A stretch of DNA of 59,266 bases, filler included, from Sphacelaria rigidula (lineage: Eukaryota), in NCBI GenBank assembly GCA_964200075.2. It is 5 parts of 5 records of this genome, joined end to end, with 100 filler letters (N's around TTAATTAATTAA, not from the genome) between each part and the next. Parts side by side here need not be neighbours in the genome. Positions count along the whole stretch, not along the records: positions 1 to 11,775 come from CAXNAA020004520.1; positions 11,876 to 23,649 come from CAXNAA020004521.1; 3 more parts are not named here. One strand, given 5' to 3'. Positions 1 through 12,220 of the stretch are shown one piece after another. Both the position numbers and the translations under genes were made by a program. Position 1 is the stretch's first letter; every line of letters starts with the position of its first letter. The notes below the pieces were generated by a model. It did no database searches. It was not told the DNA's origin and saw only the letters and a program-made list of their open reading frames with translations.

Positions 1-66
1 TTTACGGGAAGATTCTGCCTCCCAAAACCATGCACTTTTGGGGGGGGGGCTATCGTAGAAAGTGTC
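1..66. mobile_element. Right end of a ~250-bp MITE (GACAC...GTGTC family)
   Basis: Ends GGGGCTATCGTAGAAAGTGTC, the same terminus as the complete copies at 22391-22636 and 54253-54504. It abuts and truncates the LINE RT remnant. Confidence 0.75.
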
Positions 67-711
67 ATATCCTTATGCAACTCCTTATAAGATATCAACA
101 TATTTCTATATCTCCCCATGTAGCATCATATCACTTCTCGCACGTTCTGTCATATTTTTCACCAATCTCCACATCTTTCTTCTGACCCTAGTTTTCCACA
201 TATTTGCTACAGTCCATTTCTCCATACTGTGTGATGGATCTTCTGCATGTCAAGAAAAAAAGAGTACGCTGTAACCCCCGCGCCATTCCTACCTTGAATA
301 ATCTCACCTGGTGTGTATATTTAGTCTACGCAGCTACGGTTTGGTCTAAACCCTGCTTGCTCCTCCCTGATTGTTTTTCCCTTCTCCAGCATCGTTTCCA
401 TTCTATCTCAGAATCTTTTGCCTATGGTGTTTGTAGTAGCGTAATCCCTCTATGATACCCTGGGTCAACCTTCTCACCTCTCTTGAAAAGGTTGACTACA
501 AGTCTTTCTCACCACCTCTTGGGTGTGTAGTTTCCTCAGATCCAATTATACAACATAACCACCATGGTAATCATTTCCTCTCCCCCGTACTTCACAAATC
601 CATTGACTATTTCGCCTGCACCTTGTGCCTTGCTATCCTTGAGTTTAGGTACACGTTCCGTCTCTTCCTCTCGTGTGAACTTTCTCAGCAAATTCCGTTG
701 AACCACCACAG
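67..711 (-). pseudogene. Degenerate non-LTR retrotransposon (LINE) reverse transcriptase, N-terminal RT motifs
   Basis: Minus-strand translation across stops and frameshifts gives KAQGAGEIVNGFVKYGG...LVVNLFKRGEKVDPGYHRGITLL...EEQAGFRPNRSCVD...FFLDMQK, which are typical LINE RT motifs. Confidence 0.85.
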
Positions 712-1255
712 TAGTGGGCGGTCTAATTATTCATTTTGTGGCATTTTGTTATTCTTTTGTAATTGACGATTTTCTTGGGCTCTTTGCGCTTGCCACCGCT
801 TATCGCATTGGGGGTCTGAAGATACTTGTATCCGCTTCACATTCGAAGAAAAAAAAAACATATATACTCGGCATCGAGCGACTTACGGGTTTAACAGTCA
901 TCGGGGGTCCTGCCACGTTTCAGCCCAGATTCTTACTCGTCCGTATTTTCGATCGATCGAGCCTGTCCCGATCATATTTGTGAAGAAATGTACAGTTTTT
1001 TTTCTTGAAACTCTCCCTACTCATTGCTCTAGAGCCGAAAAGCTGTGTTTTATGGTCAATAACACCCTCCTGATAAACGAGGTATTTACTCGTATCGCCC
1101 CATAACACCAACTAACACTGATTTGGGCACTGTGTTTCGACGGTGATACTGTTTATTGTACTAAAATCTACCGACGCTATCAATTTCGAGCTATATCGAA
1201 GAGTTTTACGCGAGGGAAACCCCAAAACACCCCTGGATATTTAGACTGCCCACTA
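712..1255. mobile_element. Non-autonomous TIR element inserted in the LINE
   Basis: TAGTGGGCGGTCTAA (712-726) and TTAGACTGCCCACTA (1241-1255) form a 15-bp inverted repeat with 1 mismatch. LINE sequence resumes on both sides. Confidence 0.7.
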
Positions 1256-1850
1256 ATGTCACTCCCGTTTTGATGCATCTACGTGTGCCTCTACCCATGC
1301 GTTGGTTTCTTTCTCGAATTCCGTGTCGATCCTCTTGTAAGTTGTTGGTGTTCCTAGTTTTCGGTAGTGCTCTACCAGTACGTCTCTCTTCCCCTTCGCA
1401 CCACTATCCATTTTACTGTTATGCGCTCTTACTGTGGTATGGCTATTCCCTTGTCTGCCTCTCGTACTTGTTTGTCCAATATCCCTTTTATCCCAACCCA
1501 CCTCTGTCTCATCCCGCCATCAAAGCCTTAACTTATTCCTTCTCATTTTTGCCTTCTTTTCTCTGTCATAATTCTTCCCATTTTTCTAGTTATAGCATAC
1601 TCCACCCCCGTTGTTGTTGTATGTTGTACTTGATGTCCATCTCGCGTGGGTTTCTCTCCTTACTCTTATAGCATTTCACTTCCTCATCTCACCATTTCAT
1701 TGCTCTGTTCCTTACCATCAGTTTCTTCCTTGTGAGTTGCCTTGCTGTGGTCCTGACCAATTGTTCCCATCCTTCTATAATTTTCGGTCCTGCCCGATTC
1801 ATTTCTATTTCGTTCTCTAACATATCGGAACATTTTCCCCCCCCCATCAT
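1256..1850 (-). pseudogene. LINE ORF2 remnant (region upstream of RT)
   Basis: ORF 1259-1501 (...VLVEHYRKLGTP...FEKETNAWVEAHVDASKRE) reads as the linker before RT and is contiguous with 67-711 once the insertion is removed. The upstream boundary is approximate. Confidence 0.65.
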
Positions 1851-3184
1851 CTTGGAATATTCACCCGTAGCCCTTTGAACCTTACTTCACGAGACCCTCC
1901 TCGATATTAGCAAAACATTCTTGAGTGGACTGACCAGTAGTTTTCTTTCTCGTTGCCGTTTCCTCTTATCCGTTGTGGTGGAATAACCTGCGCCTGAGAT
2001 TAGGCTGGGGAGGGGGGAAGGTACTCATGATCTTGCATGCTGTAGTCATATGACCATTATCCTCGTACCGCTACAAGGCCGATACGGAGATCGCCGGGTT
2101 TTCGCTGGACCAGGATCGCAATCAATCACCGAGCGAGAAGCGCCGTGATGTGTTCGGCGAGTCGCATGAAGGGTGAGCTGCATCCTGCTAAGATTGTTCG
2201 GCCCGAAGCGTACCAAGCATCTTGCATTTGGATAACAGCCTCCAATGGGTTGCTTCATTCTCTGGTATCACCACTTCCAGAGACAGCCACGGGTTACACA
2301 CTGCCTCATGGGTGTTTCACCGTTTCAACACTACGGAGTATGATCATCCCCGTTGCGCGGAACCGAAGTTCTCCCACAACATGATGTATCTCGACCGCCA
2401 TCATGGTTACCGCAAAAAAAAGCAAGCGCGCAAAGAAATCGGTAACCTGATTGCCTAGCGTGTGCAGTGAGTCGCATGTTTTACAGCGTCATTGCCAACC
2501 GACGCCAATCCCATAGTGGGTCCGTCCCTACAAAGCCGGGACGGAGCACGCCGGATATTTGCGGGACCAGGCCAGGGGGGACGGGGGGGGGTAGGCTGAA
2601 AATCTGCGAACCGCGAGGAATACTACTGGAAAGCACCCTTAAAAAATCTAAAGATCCAAACAAAATCCCGCGCGTTCAAAACGAAGACAGCCCCTTTTAA
2701 AAACTCTCGTTCCTGTCCTCTCGTTTCTGCAGAGGTGCCCCTTCTCTTCCTAACTCCCTCCTCTCCTCCTCCCACCCTTTGCTTACGTCTCTCTCCCATC
2801 CTTCCCATCAGCGGTACAGTACAGCTACACTGTAGGCATTCTAGTGATACCTCTGTAGTCCCGGGGGGCATAGCCATTCGTAACTTATACAGGCAAAAAT
2901 ACGGTGGATAACACCCCCTGAATGAATTTGGTGTAAAGGGCGGGGGGGGGGGGGGGGGGGGTAACATGAATCAATAGTATAGAACATGGCGGGTTTTTGC
3001 AGTGTGGCTCCTCTCTCGTCCCCAGTCGCAACACCCTTCGTACGCCACGGGAAAAAATAATAGTGACGGTTCAGAGCGTGTTTGACAAGGGGGGCAAAAC
3101 GATTTAATCCACGGGATGTTGAAGCGAGGATTTGCTATCAATCACTGGGGTAAAGTGAAAGCTTTCTTTTAAAAAAGTGGTACC

Positions 3185-3440
3185 TGTAGCCAAATGATAC
3201 CAAGCCGAAGGTTTCAGTATAATCGCATGCATGATTGGAGCAGTGGCAAGGGACAGGAGATCCTGTATTGATGGCCCTTATCTGTGTGGCTCCTTGCTGT
3301 CTTGTTCATGATGTGCTCTGTTGGGGATCACTCCGAGATAATAACAAGTTCGAAGAAAGGACTTGTCGAGCACGAGGCCAGTGCTACTGGAGGAGCCCCT
3401 CGTTGATAGTCCGCTTGTCCAGATCGTCTGGCAGAGGCTA
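3185..3440 (+). repeat. 5' LTR
   Basis: TGTAGCCAAATG...GCAGAGGCTA, a direct repeat of 6738-6993. Confidence 0.95.
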
Positions 3441-3451
3441 TGGTATCTAGA
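3441..3451 (+). promoter_or_regulatory. Primer-binding site (tRNA-Met-like)
   Basis: TGGTATCTAGA immediately after the 5' LTR. TGGTATC is the usual start of initiator-Met PBSs. Confidence 0.7.
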
Positions 3452-3645
3452 TATTATCCTTTTCGGCACCCTGTTGGAGGAGTTTGGCTGGGGAGAGGGG
3501 TCGTAGCTGCAAGCCAGCTTGGCCTGTAGTCGGGGAGACCACCTTGTAGCCAACTTGAACCGCATAGCTGTGGAGGACGCTCCGTGGGCTGGAGGACGCA
3601 CAAGTCAAGCAAGAGTCTCTTCGTGAAGTGGCGAATCCTAGACGA

Positions 3646-4650
3646 AATGGCTCAAGCGGCGGCAGCACCGCTGGTGTTAGGTGACCCTCTAGAACCGCCC
3701 AAGTATGGCCAAGTGTGGACAGAGGAAGCCTCAAAAATAATTTGGGCCAAATATCACGACTATTTAGAGAGGTTGCACTTGGCCAATGCTTAAGGAGTCA
3801 TAAGGCATGCCAGGGTGAGCATCGGACAACTTATCCCCACATACATTCACCGCTGCTTTGAAGGCATGTATAAGAACCGTCGGGCTATGACCCCCGACGA
3901 ATGCTAGATGCTGTGAAGCATCATGCCGGGTACATCACAACCGGCGGCAAGCATGGCACTGCGCGGGCTGCAGCAGACCTTCGTAGAGTTCATACTATGC
4001 CACAAAGTGACGGAACATCCGTCAAGGATTGTGCGATGATGGTCAATTCATCGATGGAAACGTTTTTCGCAGAAAACCTGACGGTGCAAGCCATGTACCG
4101 TGCGGAGGACAGGAGCTGGTTGCCAGGCCCGGCCGAGTCGGTTTCCACAGCTTTGGTAGACGGGATTTCGCCTCAGGGATTCAAGGCGTATGTTAGAGGT
4201 GTACTAACGTATGTTGACGGCTGGAAAAAGAACCCGGCGGTGGTGTTCAACAAAACATTTGATGCCGCCCACCAGTGGAAGTTCATTGAGGCACATGGCC
4301 GGCGCGATTCTGCGGCAAGTGCAGGTAGTGCGCGCCGCAAAAAGCGACAGAAACAGAAACAGCAGCCGTCTTCGTGAGCGTCGTTCACTCGCGCGTGTTA
4401 CACCTGCGGCGACACCGGACATCTGATTAAGGATTGCCCTAAGACGCGCGCTCAAGGAAATGCTCAAGGAAATGCTCAAGATTCACCAGGATCTCAAGGC
4501 GGTCGTCAAGGTGGACGGGGCCGTGCCAACCAGGGACGCGAGCGCGGCGGCCGCGGTAGCAAGCAATCGGCGGCGGATGGTGGTTCCTCCGCTGCTGTTT
4601 CTTCCACTACGTTACCAGGCGGTGACTCTGGATCTTATGGTTCGTCCGTA
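3646..4650 (+). pseudogene. gag-like region with zinc knuckle
   Basis: Broken ORFs 3584-3793 and 3901-4377. Positions 4396-4440 encode CYTCGDTGHLIKDCP (CX2CX4HX4C), followed by a Gly/Arg-rich tail. Confidence 0.8.
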
Positions 4651-4931
4651 GTGGGGCGGACAGCGTACGTGGGAAATGCAAATACTTGGGTGGGGAGTGT
4701 TGGAGCAAATAGTTCGCAACCTCTCGGCCAGGCAGGATCCGTGTCTGGTGCATCTCCTACTGCTGCGATGGCTGTAACAGCGCCGTGTGCATATTCAGCG
4801 ACTTGATCTGGTTGGACCGACGATTCTCAGCTATCGATGTCACGTGCTGGAGGGCAGCCCTGGCGTCAGGTGACTCTTGGTACAGAAGAGGGTTTTTCGG
4901 CAGGCGTGGTACCTGTCGATCGCAAGGCTGA

Positions 4932-6659
4932 ATGCTTACGCGCAGGTTTTCCTTGCAAGGTTCCGTAGGTTCGTTCATGGCCCGCGTTATTCTGGATTCT
5001 GGGTCCACGCTAACATCGATCGGTGTGGGGTTGCTAGAACAAATGTCTTCGCAGTTTGGCGGCGCTCAGCTTCAGATTCCGTTCGAAAACGGACCGCAAA
5101 CGGCACAGACCGCCGCGGGTGCTCCCGTGACGGTTACACATAAAACGGTGCCGATTAATGTTGGCGTGCGTACGCCGTGGGGGGCTGTGGAGTTGCAGCC
5201 CATTTCTTTCGCTGTCATGCCTGGTAGGGACAACGTGGTTCTATTGGGGATGGCGACGAGGAAGGAGCTCGGGATTGATTTGTACTCGCCGGCGTTGGAT
5301 AAGTTACGCCCGCGTGCTGTGCCGGTACAAACCGGCGTGGAAAATCCCAGCTATCTTGCTGCAAGGCGTGCGACCGTATCCAGACGGTCATTCCAGAGCG
5401 CCAATGAGGAGGAGGCTCCTGCTGATGAAGCGGTAGAGCGCTTGGTCGATCGGGGGCCTGGTATGTTCATGGATCCAGCGGAGGAGAGAGATGCAAGAGA
5501 ACGTGCGCTTGAGGATAGCGTGCAGCAGGCCGAGCAGAAGGGCCTGAGCGCCGATGGCGCACATTGTCTGCGTGATGTTTTGGCTCGTCGCGTGGATACA
5601 TTTCGTCGTGCGCTGCGTGGTGATCCGCCAGCACGCGTGGAGCCAATGAGGGAGGCGGTGAAGGCCAAGCCTCGCCGATACGATCCGGTGAAGACTGTGT
5701 GGCTTGCTTCATGCATCGCAGCTTTGGTGGCGTTTGGTTTGTTGGTCAAGAACATTCAGGCTGTGTAGGCGAGTCCGGCGATTGCGGTGCCGAAGAGGGA
5801 CACATTCCGTTTGGTCAGCGACTATCAGGCGGTGAATGCGCAAGTGGAACAGTCTCCGGAGGTGATGTCAAACCAAGAAGAAATGCGGGAGTTGCTGGGA
5901 GCCCAATGCTTCGGCAAGTTGGACCTGCTACAGGGGTATTGGCAGATGCCTCTGGCGCCGGAGGCTCAGGAGATGTTCACGATCGTCACGCCTGACGCGT
6001 TTTCCGCGCTGGCTTCTGTCACTGGCGGCGAGTGGAGCGTCGCTGTCATGGATGCTGATTCGTTGCGTGACAAGGTTCGAAGCGTGGTTGACGAGCAAGT
6101 GCGGTTTTGTAACGAAGTGCAAGCTGCTGTCGCGGTGTCTCGCGAAACCACACGCAAGCTTGCTCAGGGTCAGGCTGTGTTGCCCAAGTTTTCAGTTGGC
6201 GATTTCATATTCTATGCCCATGTTCGTACGCAAGGTGTCACGCCAAAGTTGATGTCCACATGGACAGGTCCGTGGTGAGTGGTCGGAGCCGATCACGCTC
6301 ACGTGTATTCGGTGCAAAACGTTGTTTCTGGCGCCGTTCGCTCAGCCTATGTTGCTCGTTTACGTTCCTATGCTGACTCGCAGGCGCACATCACTGCAGA
6401 GATAAAAGATGTATTTCAGCATTCGTATGCTCAAGGTGAATGTCGGATGAATGCTTTGGTGCACGTCGCTGAGGATGGCAATGGTAATGCCATTGTTTTG
6501 GTCGATTGGGATGGGTTCGGTGTTGAAGAACGTACGTGGGAGTCTCTTCGCAAGATTCATTCTTCTGCGCCTGAATTTGTTTTGAAGGAACTGCGCAAAA
6601 TGCGGTGGACTCGGGCGCTGGCGAGTAAATTAGCGTCGGAGTATGGTGTTTCTTTGTGA
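4932..6659 (+). pseudogene. pol remnant: aspartic protease, N-terminal RT, integrase C-terminus and chromodomain
   Basis: Protease VILDSGS; RT FRLVSDYQAVN and FGKLDLLQGYWQ; GPF/Y-like PKLMSTWTGPW; chromodomain VLVDWDGFGVEERTWE. In-frame stops at 5766-5768 and 6276-6278. Confidence 0.88.
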
Positions 6660-6737
6660 TCTGGCGCACGCGATTTCGCCTTGGTTTTTGTTGGTTGTCG
6701 AGCTCATTCGTTTGTCTTGAACTCGCTTTGAGGGTCC

Positions 6738-6993
6738 TGCAGCCAAATGATACCAAGCCGTAGGTTTCAGTATAATCGCATGCATGATTGGAGCAGTGGC
6801 AAGGGACAGGGGATCCTGGATTGATGGCCCTTATCTGTGTGGTCCCTTGCTGTCTTGCTCATGATGTGGTCTGTTGAGGATCACTCCGAGATAATAACAA
6901 TTTTGAAGAAAGGACTTGTCGAGCACGAGGCCAGTGCTACTGGAGGAGTCCCTCGTTGATAGTCCTCTTGTCCAGATCGTCTGGCAGAGGATA
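6738..6993 (+). repeat. 3' LTR
   Basis: TGCAGCCAAATG...GCAGAGGATA followed by TACC. Confidence 0.95.
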
Positions 6994-7639
6994 TACCTTA
7001 CCGGTCTCGACAGGTATCGCTATCCGGATATTGCGGGTGAAGAAATGGCAGGTAGAAGCCCTCTGCGCGTAGTTCGGCTGTGAAGGGCGAGATTATCGTT
7101 AATCAATAGGACAGGGCATGTTGCGGTTGAAGTAATCCTCTCCCGTCCCAAGGAGCAATGCTCTCTGTACGCTACGGGTCAAAACGTCAGATAACACGCC
7201 TCCTATGTGTGTTAGAGAAAGAGGTATGTCACGTTTCATCCCCGGGGTGTTACGACGAGGGGTCATCATAGGTCAACAGGGTAAGGTGGGAGCGCTTCGG
7301 TGATACCCTTTCAGTCCCGATAGGCATCGCCATTCGTACGTTACCAGCAAGAACGCGAGGTAACAGCCCTTTTGTACTTCACCAATTCTGTTTTTGTACT
7401 ATTAATACTTTAATATGTGGCATGTATTGAAAATTTGGGGTCTCCAGGACTTGTGCGATGTGTTAAGCGCGGAGGGAAAGTGTCGCCTTTTTTCATCGTG
7501 GATTTACAGTATACCCTTATCCCTTACAACTCCCGGGGCTTTCTGTTCCAAGTATACGTCCTGACAGTTCCGCGGATATTTAGAGTATGACAAATCTGTG
7601 CGCTAGACCGCTTTTCATGTGACCCGGGAAACATTTCCA

Positions 7640-8945
7640 GGAAAACTGCCCTCTTCGTCTTTTTGGGTGGTTGTGCACCCGTGAAGAGGATTATGCGGAG
7701 TTCGACACCTCAGAATGGTTTCTTGCCATACTCTTTGCGACGGTTCCAGGTCACCTTTGTATTTTTCCACCGAAACCTTTTCCCGAGTAAGAAACGTCCG
7801 GGAAGGGTAAAAGCAAAGTTCGAGAGATGTCTATTGTCTCGGACCAGAAGGAGCGACCGTAGGCGCCTTGTTATGGCAACCGAAAAAAAACTAGAAAACC
7901 TCCTTCTTGGTCCTTACTCTGCGCCGTTTACGCCCCAGAAGAGGACTTGGCGGATGTTAACACTGTAAAATGCCTTGCTATGACACTCGTTGAGACGGTT
8001 CCAGGACACCTTTGCGAGTGATGCCGCGGTAGCTTCCCCTGAAAGGTGGCTGGTTTGAGGAAGCAAAATCTACATACGAATCAAAATGACAAAACAAGCA
8101 CACTGAGCAGCTGGGAACCCCCATGCTTGGGATTATTTTCGCCAACGTCGCACGCATGGGGCGCTTTGTGCAGGCTCAAACCAGCTATTATGCGCTGTAT
8201 GGTCACTTTCTTCGTGACGGTTTTGGGGCCGGTTTGCGAAGGGGGTTTCTCAGCGTCACACTTGCGTTTTCCGGTGGCCACAGTTTTTTTTGCCAATGCT
8301 GCATTTCTGTTCAAGAACGGCCAAGTCCAGAAAAAACTGGGTGATTTCTTCTTGACTTGGCCGTTCTTGGACAAAACTGCAGGTTCGACAAAAACAAACT
8401 ATACGGCCACCGAGGAAACGCTATTCGAGTGAACAGCCTTCTCAGTATAGTCTACACTGTTGATCAACCATGGTACAGAGGTACTTATCTTCACGGGTTT
8501 TGACAGTTACATGCGGTGGGATTTGCTACCGTAGTAGGCGTATGTGTTGTACTCACGTACGCAGTGTCTGGTTGGGAGGCCCAGCTCCTCACGTATTGTG
8601 TAGCCACCCACATCACTTCTTCTTACTTCTTGCTTGTCTCCCTTCTCTTCACGTAGTCTAGTTATGTAATAATACTCTTCTACAACAACATGATTGGCTC
8701 GGCTGTGTCCTTTGATCGACTTCACCAGTCGTGTCCAGCTGCCTCTGTGTACGAATCACGCATCAAGGAACAAACGCAACAAAGGTGTCCTAGAAGCTTC
8801 TCAACGAGTATAGCAAGGCATTCCAAGGTATCAACATCCGCCTAGCCCTCTTTTGGGGCGTAAAAACAACGCAGAAGGACCAAAAAGGCATTTTTTACGG
8901 GATATATTCCTTCTGTTTGCCTTTAAAAGCGGCCTCGAATGACCT
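7640..8945. repeat. Fragments of the foldback/palindromic repeat family
   Basis: Shares motifs (TTTACGCCCCAGAAGAG, GAGACGGTTCCAGG, AAGAACGGCCAAGTCCAG) with 21860-22362, 26240-26710 and 58200-58653. Boundaries approximate. Confidence 0.55.
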
Positions 8946-9574
8946 GTTCTATGGCCCTCGGGTGCTAAATCAGACGGTTGTGCGAAAGTTTCTTTTTTTG
9001 GAGCATGGCAAATGTAGCTCATGGTTGAGCACGCAGATTGTAGTTTCGGCGCGCCGTCTGTCTGATGCGAAGACTCCCACAGTGTCGCGCCCGCCTAAGC
9101 TACGGCTCGCAAAACCTTCCAACGGTGGCGCTTAGGGTACGGTAGCGTACATCACATATACTCTGGTTGTGTTAGTGTGCACTAAGCGTTAACTGGTGGG
9201 TACTCTGGTATACTGCTTATATATGTACACGTATCATTTCGCAATTTTCACCACTTTTGCCGAGTTTTCTCTGGCGGCAAGGCATCTTATACCGCGCTTT
9301 TTTTTGCAGTGCACGAAGAAGGTGCGGCGGTACACTACCACTAAGGTTTAGGTGTCATGTGATACCGGTGGCGCGTGTTCTGGCCATCGAAAGTCGCCCA
9401 CACTGGCTCCATTTCGCGGGCTGTAGATCCCGGACCACAAAAGCCTCCTCAAGACTGGCAAAACTTAGAAAAGGAACCGGAACCACAAAAACCTGTTCAT
9501 GGCGGGGTATTTGTTCACCGTGTGATTATTTTGCATTGTCATCGATTTAGTTCCTTGGGTGTCGGCTAGACTGC

Positions 9575-9866
9575 TACAAATCGAGAGTAGAGCGCCAATT
9601 GAGAGTAGCTTTGATCATTTGCTTTTACTTGGCCAAATATTCATTTCGTGTGTGCTCTTCTTTGCCCCCATCACTGGCGTTTGCTTCCAGCGACACGTCG
9701 ATATCATACTGAGGGATATGGAGGGCCTCAGTGGCAAGCTACTACAGATAGCATATAGTGCGTCGTGGAAGTGCATTTAGGAACTGAAATAAATCATTCA
9801 TTGATTGACCGCCTTACGCTCTCACTGTGTAGCATCTACTCTCAAGTTCACGAAAACACTGTTTAT
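9575..9866. mobile_element. Copy of a ~300-bp TIR element family
   Basis: Homologous to 36684-36989 (GAGAGTAGAGCG...GAGGGCCTCAGTGGC...TCACGAAAACA). Confidence 0.65.
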
Positions 9867-10079
9867 CACAGAAGAATTTGTTGAACTGTATGTGTACCTT
9901 GGTAGCCACGGCATATAGAAGTCCTGCATGCAGAGCTACCCCTTTTGTACATGGGTCAGTAATACGAATGCACTCTCCCGTATTAGGGGCAGACTATTCA
10001 CAGGTGAGGTAGAAATCGTCCCGTATACAGGGCTGCACCTACCGTGCTATTAATATACAGTCCAACTTATCATTTTTAC

Positions 10080-10509
10080 AACAGACGTTTATCCGGGTGT
10101 TGACCAGGTCTTGAATGCATCACAATAGTTGGGGAAGAAACATGCGCACCCATTAGTGAAAATGCAACTTATCCAACACATGTCTGATCACCTCCATGAT
10201 AAAATATCGAATTCTGGGGGAATAACTCGGCAAGCTTCAATCACTGCTGGAACCCATTACGAACAAATACGGACTGCTGGTGGTCCCGACCAAACATACA
10301 ATAGCGTTCAGCATTACCTTCAGCTCATGTCGCATCCTTACGCGTATCCCACTCATGTCGAAATTGTCACTGCCCAACAATTGTACAACAGTAACATCCG
10401 TGTTACTCAAGTTGGTGATCCTTATCCGGGACCACCATCCGATAACACATGCGACGTTTTGTACGGCCACGATCACTATAATACATTAGAATACAACAGC
10501 TTCTCTTGA
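10080..10509 (+). pseudogene. OTU-like cysteine protease domain remnant
   Basis: ORF 10129-10509 has YLQLMSHPYAYPTHVEIVTAQQLYNSNIRV...VLYGHDHYNTL, matching the C-terminal half of OTU domains (His loop HY). No intact catalytic-Cys loop is in frame upstream. Confidence 0.55.
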
Positions 10510-11189
10510 CCAATTTTTTGCGACTTGCGTCACCCCCGGGAGGCCCGTACCAACCTCCGAAAGGGGAACCTTGTATATATATATATACCATTCGTCGATA
10601 CTCCAGGTATTTCGGCACTAACGAGTGTCGGCGGTAGGCGATACCCCGCGTGCCCCAGACATAGAATTGGGTACTCAAAATATCCAAAAAACAAAAACAG
10701 GGAACCTCAGGGTACGTGCTCTATCCTAAGCGCCTTCCTCTGAAACCTTCGTACATGCCGTACCACATGCGCTGGTGGTACGGTCACCACTCGTGGTCCC
10801 CACTCACCCCAAAATAAATGTTCACGGTACTGTAATGTACTCTGTACTGTACTCACGATGACACGGGTACTCGGTACTCGAATATGTGTGGGTGGCAACG
10901 GCCTGGCGGACACATGCAAGCCTCCCTCTTCTCTACGTAGGCGTTGCGTTTTCTTCCACCGTAACAATATCAACAAGGCTTTCAGGAGATTGAGAGTATA
11001 TTGTAGCATTTGATTGAGAGTCAGCTGTTTTCGTGTTCACTTGAAAAGTTACTGCGCGAACCTGACTGCTAACACGGACGGTCACAGCGATAAGATTCCG
11101 ACGACTCAATCGTTGGGTCTTTAGTCTGAAAGCACGCGAGGGCCGATAAACGGTTCTTTGGAATCGCGACGTGTCAATACCCTACACTC

Positions 11190-11345
11190 TAGTGTTGGAT
11201 ATACCGTATCGAGTGTTTAGATATATCGAATCAAAATATCGCTATCGCTATCGTATCGAACACAGTTCGATAAAACGATCACGATGACAATAACGATGAA
11301 TTCGATGCGATACGATACGATACGATACGATAAATTATGTATCAT
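11190..11345. repeat. TATCG/CGATA-rich repeat including (CGATA)n
   Basis: Multiple TATCG in the left part and CGATA repeats at ~11308-11332 in the right part, giving a quasi-palindromic arrangement. Confidence 0.6.
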
Positions 11346-11775
11346 TTTTACCTGGATAGTGAGGAAAAGTTCAACATATAGCTGGTGAGGTGTGATTGTT
11401 AGACTCTTACCTATTCTGCTTTTCGTTTCGTCGTTTTCTGCTCCTAACTTCGGGAAGGTGCATGCTTCAAGGAGGGAGGCATTTCTGCCCGTTGGCCCAC
11501 GCTACTTTTGGGTTAAAATTCTCAATCTTCTGTACGTTAATTTGTGCCAATGATGCCTCGTTTCTTCATCCCTTCGACTTTTTCTCATTTTCATGTATAG
11601 TGTGTTCTTGTGTTTCGCGGCAAGCGGGTGTCACTGCTGGCTCATATTAGCATGTGAGTTGTTCTTGCTGCTTGGCGCAGTTTATAGCCAGCGAGACAAT
11701 GTGAGCACAGAATTCGTAAGTCACAGGTGCAGGGGCTACTCACGCGTGGTTCGGCCTGTACTGCACACGAATCAT

Positions 11776-11875
11776 NNNNNNNNNNNNNNNNNNNNNNNNN
11801 NNNNNNNNNNNNNNNNNNNTTAATTAATTAANNNNNNNNNNNNNNNNNNNNNNNNNNNNNNNNNNNNNNNNNNNN
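11776..11875. other. Artificial contig spacer
   Basis: N44-TTAATTAATTAA-N44, with stop codons in all six frames. Confidence 0.98.
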
Positions 11876-12220
11876 TTTTATATTCTTATGTTGTTAATCT
11901 GATAGTATTTTTATCTTTAGTATCTACAGAAAAGACAGTACTTGAACCTTTGGTCAATATTGGGTGGCTCCTAGTTGAACCGAGACGTATTGACCCGCTA
12001 ATCTGCTGCAGAGTAAAAACTCACACACAGAAGATATGCAGCTAGATTGTTGGCTGTATAGATTTCCAGCAGTTACCTGCAAATTTTAATTTTGATCAAG
12101 TAGTCTCAGACGGTAACTGAATGGTTTCAGATGTTAATAATGCATACTCATAGGACTGTTTCCGCGATTCAGGGGGTTTCTCACAATTATTGCACGTGGT
12201 TCTTCAATCGAAAAGTGCCA

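Larger units (their letters stand above)
3185..6993 (+). mobile_element. Ty3/Gypsy chromodomain LTR retrotransposon, internally deleted and degenerate
   Basis: Two 256-bp LTRs (3185-3440, 6738-6993) with about 14 mismatches by eye. TACC flanks both ends. PBS-like TGGTATC at 3441. Gag with CCHC knuckle, protease LDSGS, partial RT and a C-terminal chromodomain. Confidence 0.95.
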
